This document shows, one piece after another, positions 48,642-60,634 of a stretch of 64,000 nucleotides of DNA. Positions within the stretch are counted from its first letter, which is position 1. Each line of letters begins with the position of its first letter. The notes beneath the pieces were generated by a model. The model saw only the letters and a list, made by a program, of their open reading frames with translations. It made no database searches and was not told where the DNA came from. The translations under genes were made by a program, and so were the position numbers. Source of the stretch: Podarcis filfolensis (Eukaryota); NCBI GenBank assembly GCA_964270895.1, contig OZ185436.1; one strand, given 5' to 3'.

Positions 48642-48753
48642 CTTGGAAACATTTGCTGTAGTCCTGTTCAACCCAGACAAAGACTTCCAGCTGAAAGGTC
48701 TGTGTGGTGACCCTTCAAAGTCGCTGTTAACTAATTCCACAATGACAGAGTAA
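48642..48753 (-). CDS. TSEN2: TSEN2 coding exon 9, catalytic Lys
   Basis: ttccag|T...AAG|gtaaca; [37 protein letters not shown]; 112 nt. Confidence 0.95.
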
Positions 48754-49237
48754 CTGGAAGACAAAGCAAAGTGAAACTTTTTTAGGGTGTTGGGGTGAAA
48801 CTGGCATTTAAAAACTACGTAGAGTCCACTAGTACTCAGCTAAAATTTACTTAAGAGCTGAAGCTTTACTTTAGCAGAGTGAACAAAAAGAGCAACAAGT
48901 GCATTTTTCATACTTTTAAAGTGTACCATTTAGCAAAAGTTTCTGTTATTATAAGATACAGCCACCTTGCAGGCTATTTTGTCTAGCCCTCCATCAAGTT
49001 ACGCAAACTCAAAGCACCTTTACAGAGTCACTCTGTTAGATATCTTATGAGTCCACTAAGGAAAACTTGTACTCAGACTTGCTTTGTACCCCAGAGTGCT
49101 TATTAAAAATGTCAATCTCCTGTCCCTTCCCAATGCAATCATGTTTCCTTCAGTGCTAATGATGCAAGAATTAAGCATAACACTTAAGCATATCTGTCTG
49201 TCTGTCTGTCTATAATATCCAAATCTGAATGCTATAC

Positions 49238-49274
49238 CTGGCATGGTAAAAAGGAGGACCTTTTCGATACAACA
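49238..49274 (-). CDS. TSEN2: TSEN2 coding exon 8, catalytic Tyr and His
   Basis: ttgcag|TG...AG|gtatag; LYRKGPPFYHAS; 37 nt. Confidence 0.96.
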
Positions 49275-51102
49275 CTGCAATGGGAAGAAAAGAAACAAAA
49301 CAAACGCTTACTAGAAATAATCATGCTTTCTTCATTTTGAATCATATTAATGTAGGACACGTGGCTTTCCCATTACTCAGCTTTGAAAATCTAAACCATA
49401 ATATAATAGGATCAGGGTTGTTTGTTTTTATTCTAACCGCAGTTGGGAGCTGAAGCTGATCACAATAAATAAAAATCCTAATCAGGTAACTGGGAATAAA
49501 GATATTTTAACTACTTGTACAGTGCCACCTTCAGGGGAAAAACCCCCACACGTCACTCCAAGTCAACTAGCTAACATAACACATAAGGATCTAAAAACAG
49601 CCACAGTGTGATCTATTCCAAGAGAGATGGGTTAAATCCAGCCTCCGGCTGCTCCCTTGCTTGCCAACAATCTTACCAAGGTTGCACCTGCTCCTAGATG
49701 AGGTTCTCAGTCTAGGAAAACATATGCAGAGGAGGTCACAAGTGCATGCACAGCATTTGGGGACGAAATGTGCAGAGCTATTTACTCAAGAAAGCTGCCA
49801 ATGGTCCTGGGAACCAAAGCATACTGGCTCCACTCAAAAGACTGAATGTGGACCAAGAGGAATCTGGAGCAGTAACTAATGCACCACAGTTGATGCTGCC
49901 AAGGGATTACCATAGTAATTAACAGCAAGTTGGTCCCCCAGACTAAAAGAGAAGTGAAACATTCTTTTATTGGGAAAACTAATTGCTTAAAATGTTGCAT
50001 TATTTTATCATCGTTTGCGTTCAGAGAGGGACGGTGATGTAATTATAATCTTCTTGCATGCTCAGGCAAGCCAATACCTTGCTGGGTCTGTTCCTCTTAG
50101 AAAGGAGGTGGTGAGGGTAGGTTATGGGAGGTAAATCCCCACCAGGACTTGCCCAGGGAAATGGCTGGGGTCTCACTCCCCATGCGCATAGGCCTGAATG
50201 GCAACTGGAAGAGATGAACTGAGGAAAGACTGTAAAGAGCTCTGTGTATTAAATGTGCTCCACAAGACAATAAACACCCCCAGGAGATTACGAGACTCTT
50301 TCTTGCCTATGGTAAAAAGCTTTTCCCTCCTACAGATGACAGCAGGCCATCAATTAAACATTTCTTTAAAAAAAATACTGCTGTGTGCACATCTATTATT
50401 CAAACGAGGCAACAAAGAATGGGAACAGCAAGACATTAGCGCTCAAGATTCAAGGAAGCTACAGTCAAATGAATGGGCAGCACATTTGCACAAATGAACC
50501 AGACAATGAGCAATAGCCTATTTAAGCTGGGGAGCAGGCTGACAAAAAATAACTTTCTGCACTGTGAGACGATTAGCTGAGCCAATCCCCCACTCCACAA
50601 AACTCCACCAGCTTTCATCATTGCAATATCCATTTCATCACACAGTTCCAGTGTGTAGCCTCTCTTACGTTCTGCAATCTGCACTAACCATATTTGGTCC
50701 AGTGGTCTTTGTTATCAAGTAACAGGGGAAACAATATCATAAGGGCTATCTATGGGTCGGTCTGGGTGATAGCAATCTAGTAATCATGTGGAGGGGGAAT
50801 GTGAAAGTACCTGCCCACCCCTCTTTCTAGCACACTTTCTTGCTTCTGCACATCACTATGAGGATGGCACAGATGAATTATAGCCTGCATGTCTAACATC
50901 AAACGCATGCAGGTCAAAATTGGTCCCAGGTCTTACCTGGGAATTGACTGCACCATCCCCGACTTATGGCCTGTGCTTGCAGGCCATGAGTTGGAAAACC
51001 TCTCCTTGTGGAAATGGGAGGGGACAGTGCATCACCACTGGATCCGCATTGTGTGCACCAGCCTCTACTGCAAACTATAATCAATGAAAGGAAAATACTC
51101 AC

Positions 51103-51241
51103 AGAGGTCAGTCCCATATTTCAGGCCAACTTTAGGGACCCATCCTTTACTACGGAAGTAGTGATATGCCATGTATGTAGCCTTAAATTTGGGTTGTGCT
51201 TCGCTAAAAACTTCCCATAGCTTCAGAATAGATAAAGGTGC
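51103..51241 (-). CDS. TSEN2: TSEN2 coding exon 7
   Basis: ttttag|GCA...T|gtgagt; [46 protein letters not shown]; 139 nt. Confidence 0.97.
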
Positions 51242-51899
51242 CTAAAAACACAACCAGATGCTTTTCTATAATTACAGTGTACAAAAGCAACCTACCATTA
51301 TTGGCAGCTAAGTCAACAATCTTAGCCACTTCTAGAGCAGCGTATTTTATCTTTTATTCAAGTTGGGAGAAGGCACAAAGAGGACAGAAGCCAAATGTGA
51401 AGTTTGTCATGCAAGTCTAAGCATAAATGCCATCTAGCTTTTGAACTGCGGTGTAGCTAAAGCTATTAAAAATAGGTTGCAGGGCATCTAGTCTAGGGAA
51501 CTCAGCAGTCAGAAATGGAACACCAAACGGTATACTCAACTACACAATGCAGAAAAAGTTTAGGATAAAGCTTTATTCTCATCTCATTATACAAAATCCT
51601 GATCTCTGTTATACCCATTTAAGCCCCCTAAAATGAATGGAACTTACAAGCCAATGCTATGCATGTTCACAGGGAATTAAAACCCGCAGAGTTCAAAGGG
51701 CATACGCAACTAATGCAGAATTGTAACCAAAGACTGTCTACACTTATGCAGAGAACATAAGATTATACGAGAAGGAAAAATTACCCATGGTGCAAGTTGC
51801 CTTGGAAACTATTACAAAGTGTTTGTTGTTTTATGCTAACAAGCAACACACGCAACAGGTTAACTCACACACAGCTTACTACGACAGACTAAAGGCACC

Positions 51900-52581
51900 C
51901 AATTGGATCTGGCCACCAATTGGATCTAGCCAGGACTCTTAACTTTTACTGCCAAGGAATCCACCAGGTACTTTGTCTCCCCTATGGAATATCTAAGTAA
52001 ACTTGAAGTCACTAAACACTGAAGGGCTTTTACCCTGGCTCGATGTCATGCCTTCCCCTCAGCTGTCATTGAAGGTCGATACAGGAAGATTAACTACCCG
52101 GGAGACAATGTCCCTGTGACTCGGGACAAATAGAAATGGTAGAGCATGTCCTTCTCCAGTGCCTGTATTACAGAGACATTCGTATTAGCCTGATTTCTCC
52201 ACTACTTCATAAGTACCCAGGGCGCACAGGGCAATTCTATACCTCCCTGCTGCTCTCAGATACCAATCCTGCTTCAACATACAATGTTGCTAGATTCTGC
52301 ACAGCAGTGCTCAAAATTCATCGGAGGATGACCTGTGCCACAAACCAGATTTAAGGAACATATCAGAGTGCTCCATGAATTAATAGTTAAAGTCTTTTAT
52401 AAATCAGCCTTTTAAGCTCTTCCACACCTGTCCAATCCTCCTATCCCTTCTTTTAGCTTCTTTTATATTCACCTTCTGTTTTAATACCTTTTAGCTTTCC
52501 AAAATGCTTTTCAGATTTCAAATGACTGTATCCCACCCTTTTATGCTGGTCTATTACCGTAATAAAGATTTGTATTGTACT
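51900..52581 (+). mobile_element. 5'-truncated LINE (RTE-X-like) 3' end with 13-bp TSD
   Basis: TSD gactaaaggcacc at 51887-51899 and 52582-52594; decayed ORF ...AFTLARCHAFPSAVIEGRY...CPCDSGQIEMVEHVLLQCLYYRDIR...; tail aataaagatttgtattgta. Confidence 0.8.
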
Positions 52582-52601
52582 GACTAAAGGCACCATCTTA
52601 C

Positions 52602-52652
52602 CTCATTGTAATAAATACTTAAACATCCCAGAGCATAGACCAAGAAAAAGGC
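52602..52652 (-). CDS. TSEN2: TSEN2 coding exon 6
   Basis: ttttag|GCC...GAG|gtaaga; AFFLVYALGCLSIYYNE; 51 nt. Confidence 0.96.
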
Positions 52653-53662
52653 CTAAAAAAACAACAACAGTAATTAGAATTATTTTGTGTATGTTATGTT
52701 ATATACATTATTACAGAGTAGTGGCACCAACATGTTTTGCATATCAAGGGTAGGGTGGTGGGAAGGGAAGTGGGAAAAGTCAAACAATGCATTTGCTCAC
52801 GCAATCATACTTTTCGTCAAATAATAGGAGCTAAGTTCTCAGCAGTACAAACAGGATTGCTGAATCCTCAAATAATAATAATAAAAGCCCTCCCATTTAC
52901 ATCCAAGGTTGCAGTCATTTACATGATTGCTTCTAAGCAGTCAAACAAAAGATTTTGCTGCAATCCATCTACCCAATGAGCACAATCCTTCAAGAGTTTA
53001 TTCTAAGTAAATTCCAGGAACTGAGCAAGAGCAACAAGATTATTCAGGATCTTTTGAGAGAGGGAAAACCCTTCACTAGAATATGACTTTCATTCTTCGT
53101 GTTGTCAATTCTAGCAACAGAAGGGAAAAGAGCTTAGCCTTGGGATGGAAGCAGTCCTTAAAAGAAAGAAAAATCACCACCAGGAAGTGTGTACATTAGT
53201 GCTAGATAAGAGGAGCGGACTGCTGAAGAAAGGGGGGGGGGGATATGGCAGGCAACAAGTTTCCCTAAATGAAAGGAGAGGTACAAATGATCATTTGTGC
53301 AGTGAGGAGGGACTTGGGCAGTGACGTCCTAAGGACCATCAAGGAATGCCTGGGACTCTGGAGGAGTCAAAAAGGACCTGCAACAGCCATAGCAGCTATC
53401 ACAGTTTATCAGAATTATGAGCCATATTAAATATAAATCCAACTGGAAACAAGTGGTGGGCAATATCATGTGGCTGCTCTAGTGACCAGTAGTACAAATG
53501 CACCTGGAAAGGCCAATCATATCAGAATTCTGCAAGACTGAATTTATAATTTTTCCTCTTCCAAAATTTATCCACACTTTCTTAAAAACAAAAACCATGC
53601 AAATACCAAAGTTATATATTTACATTGGCAAATTACTAAGTATGACAGTCTTCCAAACTTAC

Positions 53663-53740
53663 CTCTTCTAGACTGAGTTGCAAATATTCTAAGATCCTAA
53701 ATGGATTCCTTCTGCACACTAACCTTTCTTTTTTGACTAA
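53663..53740 (-). CDS. TSEN2: TSEN2 coding exon 5
   Basis: ttgcag|TTA...GAG|gtaagt; [26 protein letters not shown]; 78 nt. Confidence 0.96.
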
Positions 53741-54202
53741 CTGCAAGAAAAGTAGCAAACCAAAGTTACAAAGACGCAGTCACAACTCTAAGCTATTTAC
53801 CTAGCTGAGAGCCTGCCAGCAAGATACTTCATATTCCTTTTCTCCCATAAAATCTCCTTCTGACATGCCTCTTCATTCCTGAAAAATTTTCTCTCTCTGC
53901 TTAGCACACCTCATTTGATGGCATTGGCTTATCTTCTCCCATGTCCCAATGTGCCGTGGGCAGGAGAACCTTAGAACTGAAATTCCAAGATTCACAAGTT
54001 GCTTTTTAAACTGACCTGCCATTACTGCATGAATGCCATAATGGCTTTGCTGATGCAGATCAGCTGAATGATTTCTTTCAGCAGATGACACCTAATGCCT
54101 TTTTCAAATATGTCGCTGAAAAGGCAAAACGTTATTTTAATAATTTGTTAACAAAAGTTAACAGCAATGGGCTAATTTGTGACCTTACGTGTGGTTTCTT
54201 AC

Positions 54203-54650
54203 CTCTTTTTTCAGACATAAATTTGATTCTTCTTCTTCTTCTTCTTCAACAACTAACACAAACTCATTATTATTGTCTTGATTAATACAATCTTCTGGCT
54301 TGCAGATGTGATGCACACTGACTGAACACAGTTTTGCCAAGTGTCTTTCAGCTAAAGCTTTAGATCCTGTTACATCTGATTCATTAGAATCATTCTCGGC
54401 TAGTCGGTCAAAAAATGGATCACCTTCCAGGCCAGCTACTTTATCCCCATTTGTTTCAGAAGAAGTCACTACACGCTTTGACTCATCCTCAGCTGTCTCC
54501 ATCTTGATGGTCTCCTCAGCCTCACTATTTTGCTCAACTTCTCTCAGATTAACGGGCTGCGTATAATTCAGAATGGTTGCATCAACTGTGAAGTCATCCA
54601 GTCCTTGCTCCCGCATGAGGCTTTTAGCCCATTCTACATGACACTGGTAT
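54203..54650 (-). CDS. TSEN2: TSEN2 coding exon 4 (variable acidic linker)
   Basis: ttccag|A...GAG|gtaaga; YQCHVEWAKSLMREQGLDD...EFVLVVEEEEEEESNLCLKKE; 448 nt. Confidence 0.93.
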
Positions 54651-54799
54651 CTGGAATAAAAAAAGGAAACACAGAAGATTTGAAGTAGCCAGCTTATTAA
54701 TTATATCTCAAATTTATTTGTTTGTTTTGCAGGCAAGATTATTTATTTATTTTTAACTTTGCCTCCCATTTCTCGCTTCTGGAATGCTAGTACTTAAAT

Positions 54800-55031
54800 C
54801 AGGGGTTGCCAATCTTTCCGAGGCCTGCGGACACACTTGCAAATGGGAGAAACTGCTTTTAGCACCACATAAGACATCCTGCAACAAAGCACACACCAGG
54901 ACCTTTTCTGTTGGCTACACAATAATGATTCTTTTGCGCTTAATTTCAGCAGGGGGAGGGGCCCCTACATGTGCCAGGAAAGCCCCCTGCAGGCCCATGT
55001 GCACCCTCAAGCACCACATTAGCCACCCCTA
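54800..55031. mobile_element. hAT-like non-autonomous DNA element
   Basis: caggggttgccaa...ttagccaccccta termini; no clear TSD. Confidence 0.5.
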
Positions 55032-55049
55032 ATAAACTTCCATTTCACT

Positions 55050-55540
55050 ATTGATTATTATTATAATTATTAAGTTTGTATACTGCCCTATGCCCCATAG
55101 ATCTCAGGGTAGTTCACAGCACAGAGCCAGTGTGGTGTAGTGGTTAAGAGCGGTAGTCTCATAATCTGGGGAACCGGGTTCGCGTCTCCGCTCCTCCACA
55201 TGCAGCTGCTGGGTGACCTTGGGCCAGTCACACTTCTCTGAAGTCTCTCAGCCCCACTCACCTCACAGAGTGTTTGTTGTGGGCGAGGAAGGGAAAGGAG
55301 ATTGCTGGCCACTTTGAGACTCCTTTGGGTAGTGATAAAGCGGGATATCAAATCCAATATAGAAAACACAAAGTACATAACAAAAATAGAAACAAAAACA
55401 AACCAATAACACCCCCTCCCTTCCACAACAGATTTAAAAGGGCATCGGATGTCAATCAGCCAAAGGCCTGGTTAAAGAGGAACATCTTCGCTTGGCACCC
55501 AAAGGTGTATAATGAAGGTGCCAGTCGAACCTCCCTGGTA
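55050..55540 (-). mobile_element. L2 3' end interrupted by a SINE
   Basis: 55070-55120 is reverse complement of the L2-type tail at 22470-22530; sequence resumes after 55357. Confidence 0.6.
55122..55357 (+). mobile_element. Squam3-type SINE
   Basis: agagccagtgtggtgtagtggttaagagcgg...gaaccgggttcg...gcgggatatcaaatccaa; matches 29378-29634 inverted. Confidence 0.85.
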
Positions 55541-55603
55541 CCAAGGAACTGCACTTCAAGCTTCAGACACAGAAAAAAAAAGGGGGGGGGGAGCTGCACT
55601 TAC

Positions 55604-55640
55604 TTTTTCGATGAGATTATCGGCATGTTTAACCCGACAT
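55604..55640 (-). CDS. TSEN2: TSEN2 coding exon 3
   Basis: ttgcag|AT...AA|gtaagt; DVGLNMPIISSK; 37 nt. Confidence 0.9.
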
Positions 55641-56345
55641 CTGCAATAAAAGCAGAATTGTTAGCTATTGATTCCGCACAAATATTCAAAGTATTGGAAA
55701 GTTAACACACAGGGCAACCCAAACCCCGGCTGGGAGCAGCAAAGTGGAGTGGATCAGCAGATCTACCTCCACATTCAAAGTCCTGCTGCTTTCTGGGCAG
55801 AAGGCTGAAAGGAGATTTCCCCTTTTTTTGTGCGGCAGCTCCAGGCTGGCATAGACAAGGTAACTAAGAATGGGACTCCTTAGGGAATCCATGCAACTTT
55901 GGATCTAAAGCTGTTAGCCCTGGTAGCTTTCCATTCACTAGGGTGGAACTTGGGTAGCCGTTGTGGCACAGCCTCGCTCCCTGCCCCATCAGCAGCGCTT
56001 ATCTCCACTAGTGGAAGTGATGGAGTGACATCTATGGGCCATTTTTTCTCCCCTGTTCCCCCCACCTCCCCAAGCTATCTACGTGGAAAGGAGGAATAGC
56101 ATTGTACTGAGAGTTTGGATTTTGCTTCAAATAATGCGTTCATACTAAGATACCTGCAGAAAAATATATCTGTCTTCCTGGCCACCCTCTCTGCATAAGA
56201 GGAATCCAAACAACATTTGCTGCAATATTGTGTCTGCAAATCCTGTTTTCCAGGCCCTTAAGGGTTTAAGGACCAAAAATTGAGCCAATCAAAAGAGTTC
56301 ATTATGCACACTTTATGCCTTTAATTCAATTTCAGACTAGCTTAC

Positions 56346-56427
56346 CTTGCCACTTAGCAACCAACATAGGATCTGAAATGTTGTATTCTGGCCGACTTCT
56401 GGAAAGAATGCCTTTCCCAAAAAATCC
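56346..56427 (-). CDS. TSEN2: TSEN2 coding exon 2
   Basis: ttctag|GGA...G|gtaag; [27 protein letters not shown]; 82 nt. Confidence 0.96.
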
Positions 56428-57127
56428 CTAGAAAAATGAGACGTCTGTGTTACCAACAGTTCCACAGTTGTGCATTTGATATTCTTTGCGTTATTGATCA
56501 CACACACTGTCGTATCTTTTTAAACCAGAAAGCTTCCAGCATGTATGAAAGTCAGTCAATAAACACAAGCTCTCTGAGCGCAGTTACTCGGATGCTGAAG
56601 ACAAGTTATCTTCTATGTAGTGTGGAGAAAGTGGATTAGGAAAAGGTTTTCTCCGCCTCTCATAACAGGAACTTGTGGACTTCCAATGAAGCTGAGTGTT
56701 GGAAGATTCAGGACAGGCAAAATACCGTAAATATGCATATAGTGCTTAAAAGCTATTGAATTCATTCCCACAAAATGTATTGAGGGCCACCAGCAGGGAT
56801 GACTTTAAAAGAGAAGGACACACTAGCGAGTTTCTATGAAACACACAATCCAGTACAGTATAGTGCTCATGAAGATAAACCTTATTTTGCTGTTGATGCC
56901 TTCTCAACCATTCCTGATAGAAATACAGGACCCATGTGATTATTTGACTGATTTGCCCCTCCCCACCTCACACTTTCACACATACGCAGTATTTTAACAA
57001 GACTGACAATTATTTGGCTCAGAATATTAATTACATTTTAAAAAATCCATTGTGTTGGCAACTAAGGTGAATCTTTTCAATGTCAGAAGTGTCATGCATT
57101 AGACAGATAAACAAAAGTCAAGAATAC

Positions 57128-57316
57128 CATACTATATAGGTGTTCTATATCTTCAGGATTCTTCACAATTACATTGTTATTTATAATTTCAGCTTGGCAT
57201 ATTTGGAAATCTCTTCCGTAAATCCCTTCTCCGGTGGAAGAAATAGGAAATGGAGAATTATATGATTCATATACTCTTCTCTTCCTTCTTGGGGGATGGA
57301 AAATTGCTTCTGCCAT
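57128..57316 (-). CDS. TSEN2: TSEN2 coding exon 1 (start); tRNA-splicing endonuclease subunit Sen2
   Basis: caaaATGG...ATG|gtattc; [24 protein letters not shown]...[22 protein letters not shown]; total CDS 1323 nt = 440 aa + stop. Confidence 0.96.
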
Positions 57317-58244
57317 TTTGTATTATCCTTCTACTTTAACAACAGTCATCTAGGACAAAGAACAGAAAGGGAAGAAAAACTTGTGAAATATTTTTTAAAG
57401 TCAGACACTTATTAGGTATGCTTGATGAACCATTAAAGTAACATTCTTTCCCTTGAATTGGTCAGAACAATTGATTTCAGGACACCAACTCAAACTCTTT
57501 CTGGAAATATATATACTCATGCCTTGATTCTCAAACATACACAGTAACTCATGGGATTCATGGTTTTAATATTCCTGCAGAAACAGCCTCTTCCCATCTG
57601 TTATTCCAGATTAACGCAAGACAACTTACTGGGGTTACTTCTTGGTGAGCAGTGAGATAGTACCTGGCCTTGTAAACTATTCACCTTGGGTTACACAGGC
57701 CAAAAAGGCTTAACACATTGGAAGACTTTAAGAGAAGGAATACTGAAAGGGTAGAATATGACAGTAGTATTTTATCAGGAACTCAAAGTGCTAAAACCAA
57801 ACAAAATTATAACACACGTATTCGGGAAAGACTCTGGGAGTGTTTGCACTCTCTTCTGTACCAAGTTTCTTAACTCATTTTCTTGAGCTTTCTTTGTGTA
57901 TTCATTTAGTTGTTTTAAAACACTGAAAAATATTTTCCGGCACGGGGTACCTTGATAGTTCTTCTCAACAGGGACTGGCAGTCCCCAAAAGTGATGGTAG
58001 TTTAAGCTCCATCTCCTGCCTTGCCTTTACCCAAACCCACAAAAAGATGTTATCACACAAAGAGAGCTTTTGGGTAAAGTACATTTTGGCATGCTGCATA
58101 AAGAATTACTGTCTTCCATTATTTTCCCCTCCCTGAATAATTAGCAGGAGACACACTTCTTTGGGTGCCAGTGCCTCCACCATCACCAATTGGGGCATGA
58201 CTGACCTGCCTTTTTGTGGTGGTGCCTTTATATTATATCATAAT

Positions 58245-58275
58245 TATTATTAATAATAATAATAATAATAATAAA
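58245..58275. repeat. (AAT)n/(ATT)n microsatellite
   Basis: attattattaataataataataataataat. Confidence 0.85.
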
Positions 58276-58767
58276 ATTATATAATTCTCTCCCAAGAGAG
58301 ACCCACTCCACTGAAATTTTTAGAGATGTTGAAGACTTATCTGGCTCTGCCATATTTCTGAGATTGGCCAACTCTGGGTTTTTCTTGTGCTAATTTAGTT
58401 CAAAAACTGTGCAGAAATTTAAAATACGTTATTTGTTCTCTTGATGGTTTCAGTTACCTTGTAAATCACCCAGAGAGGCTTTTTTAAAGTGGGAAAGTGG
58501 CATGCATGCTGAGCACCTGCTCAGCAAAATAATGTCTCCTCTAAAGTATACAATAAAAATTACCAGCAAAAGAAAGCAGTGGCCCCTTTCGACTTGGGGA
58601 GAGAGAGAGAAAAAGAGAGGACATAGAAGGATCCCAGGATGTTTTGAGTCCCTCTCCCCAATTCCTGAGGACAAAAGGCAAGTGGGACACTGTACACTAG
58701 GGACACCCTCCTGGTACAAGCACACCCAACGAGAGGGCTCTGGAAGCGGGAGGGTTTGTGTAGTTTG

Positions 58768-58822
58768 TGTAGAAGGGACCCCGTGGGTCATCTAGTCCAA
58801 GCCCCTGCAATGCAGGAATTTC
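58768..58822 (-). mobile_element. CR1 3' tail fragment
   Basis: gtagaagggaccccgtgggtcatctagtccaagcccctgcaatgcaggaat. Confidence 0.75.
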
Positions 58823-59179
58823 AACCATATCATAATGACTCTCTGCACATTCACAGCTCCTTTCCCTTGACTGCGGCATCCCCCCCCCCGCCACCCAAAA
58901 AGAGGGGCAGTGCTGCCTAGCCCCCTTGCTGCACTGGGGTGGGAGGCTTTCCACCATGAAGGCTTGAGGGTCTCCCCCCCCCCCCGCCACTTTTTACAGC
59001 CTTTTCAAACACAGTGGGTGTGAAGCGGATGGATGCACAGCCAAGCCCCAGGTCTGCCACGCGACTAAGAGACAAATAAATGGGAGGGAGAAAAAGCTCT
59101 TGTCAGCTCCCGGCACAAAGCTCGTAGTTAACTGGCTGGCTGGCTCTTCTTCCCTCTTGCAAAGAAGGTTAACCAAAGC

Positions 59180-59860
59180 ACCTCTCTGGCCACTAGCAGC
59201 GAACTGAACCCGAGCAGCGGAAAGGATGCAAGCGGCTCTTCCCCCGCCGCACATGCAGAAAGGGATCCTCCGCCTCGGAAGGAGGAAAGGCCTCTTGCTT
59301 CCAAAGAGGCAAAAATAAAACGAAGCGTGCCACGGAACCATCACTTCCGGTTCTTACTCGCGTCCTCCATGTGTGAAGCTAGAGTAGAAGAGGAGCAGCC
59401 TTAAATTCAGACTTTAAAGTAAAATGGCCATCATCATGCTTATCTAGGCAGTGCTGCTCACTGAGTGAGTCTCTCTCTTTAGCCGTTTCTCCCAAAGTCC
59501 TACCCTAGCAAGGAAGCCTCTAACGTTCAGGGTGTCGTTCTTCGGTTCTTGCACTAATCCCAGCTATCGTTTCCCCGCATATGGCAGACTCTTCACGCTG
59601 CGATTGGGAACCGGAGGTCTATATAAAGGAACGTCGTAACGTTGGCTCGTTGCGCTGTGGCAATAGGGCGAATCGAAAACTACGCAACCAATCGGCAACG
59701 CGTAAGGGGGGCGCGGGGAGGGGGGAAATAAAACGCATGCGCTGTGTAAATCTTTCTACCTTGGTGCTGGAAATAATGTTAAGAAGTCGGAACTCCTCCC
59801 CCTGCCCCAGTCGGAAGTTGATTCCCAAGCGCTTGGGCGGGGGGCACCCTGGAAAGGGCC
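59180..59860. promoter_or_regulatory. CpG-rich TSEN2 promoter, probably bidirectional
   Basis: ETS acttccgg 59343, CCAAT boxes on both strands (59602, 59688), TATATAAAG 59620-28, NRF1-like cgcatgcgc near 59734. Confidence 0.75.
59358..59590 (-). other. TSEN2: Probable non-coding first exon of TSEN2 (upper boundary approximate)
   Basis: Minus-strand donor cgcga|gtaagaa at 59357 within CpG-rich promoter. Confidence 0.5.
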
Positions 59861-60062
59861 ACTCACTTGGTGGCTGGAGACTGTAGGCTGCAACCCCAGC
59901 GCCTATTCACCTGAGAATAAGCCCCCGTTGAAGAAAGTGGGGTTTGCGCCTGAGAAGTGTGGGATTCTGTTGTAGATTTTTCCAAAGTGCCCCAGACTAT
60001 GCCAATCCTGGACACGCCTGCTATGTGTGCTTTGCTCCTGCATGAATGTAGATAGGATAGCG

Positions 60063-60311
60063 CAGGGGTCAGCAAACTTTTTCAGCAGGGGGCCGGTCCA
60101 CTGTCCCTCAGACTTTGTGGGGGGGCCGGACTGCATTTTGGAAAAAAATGAACAAATTCTTTTGCCCCACAAATAACCCAGAGATGCATTTTAAATAAAA
60201 GCACACATTCTACACATGTAAAAACACGCTGATTCCTGGACTGTCCGTGGGCCAGATTTTAAAGGTGATTGGGCCAGATCGAGCCCCTGGGCCTTAGGTT
60301 GCCTACCCATG
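60063..60311. mobile_element. hAT non-autonomous element with 8-bp TSD
   Basis: caggggtcagcaaac...ggttgcctacccatg; TSD ggatagcg/ggatagtg (7 of 8). Confidence 0.8.
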
Positions 60312-60634
60312 GGATAGTGTGTCTGCTCTTAAGTACGGGGTGTATAAGAATGGCAGCATCAGTGTTCATGCTCCTCTTCTCTCCCCGCTTCCTCTTGTTC
60401 CGTGGCAGACCTTGTTTTTGAAAGGTGGCAGCTAAGTTTAAGAATCCTCCATTTCCCAAGGGAGTTCCCTCTTCTTTCTCCACATCAACCTGTTCAACCA
60501 TGTCGGTTAAGGAACAATGTGCACTGTAGGGCAAAATGAGTGCTGGTTGAAAGGTATTTGAAAAACAAAACCAGCACTTCTTACATTTGCTTATTGGAGG
60601 AGTCTGCTTTTCGGCATAGGCTGATCTGTAGATT

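Noticed and set aside
55088-55705. 112-aa and 143-aa ORFs
   Set aside because: Chance frames through SINE and L2 sequence and antisense to a TSEN2 exon.
59581-59886. 101-aa plus-strand ORF in the TSEN2 promoter
   Set aside because: GC-rich chance ORF that starts upstream of the TATA box; no known motif.
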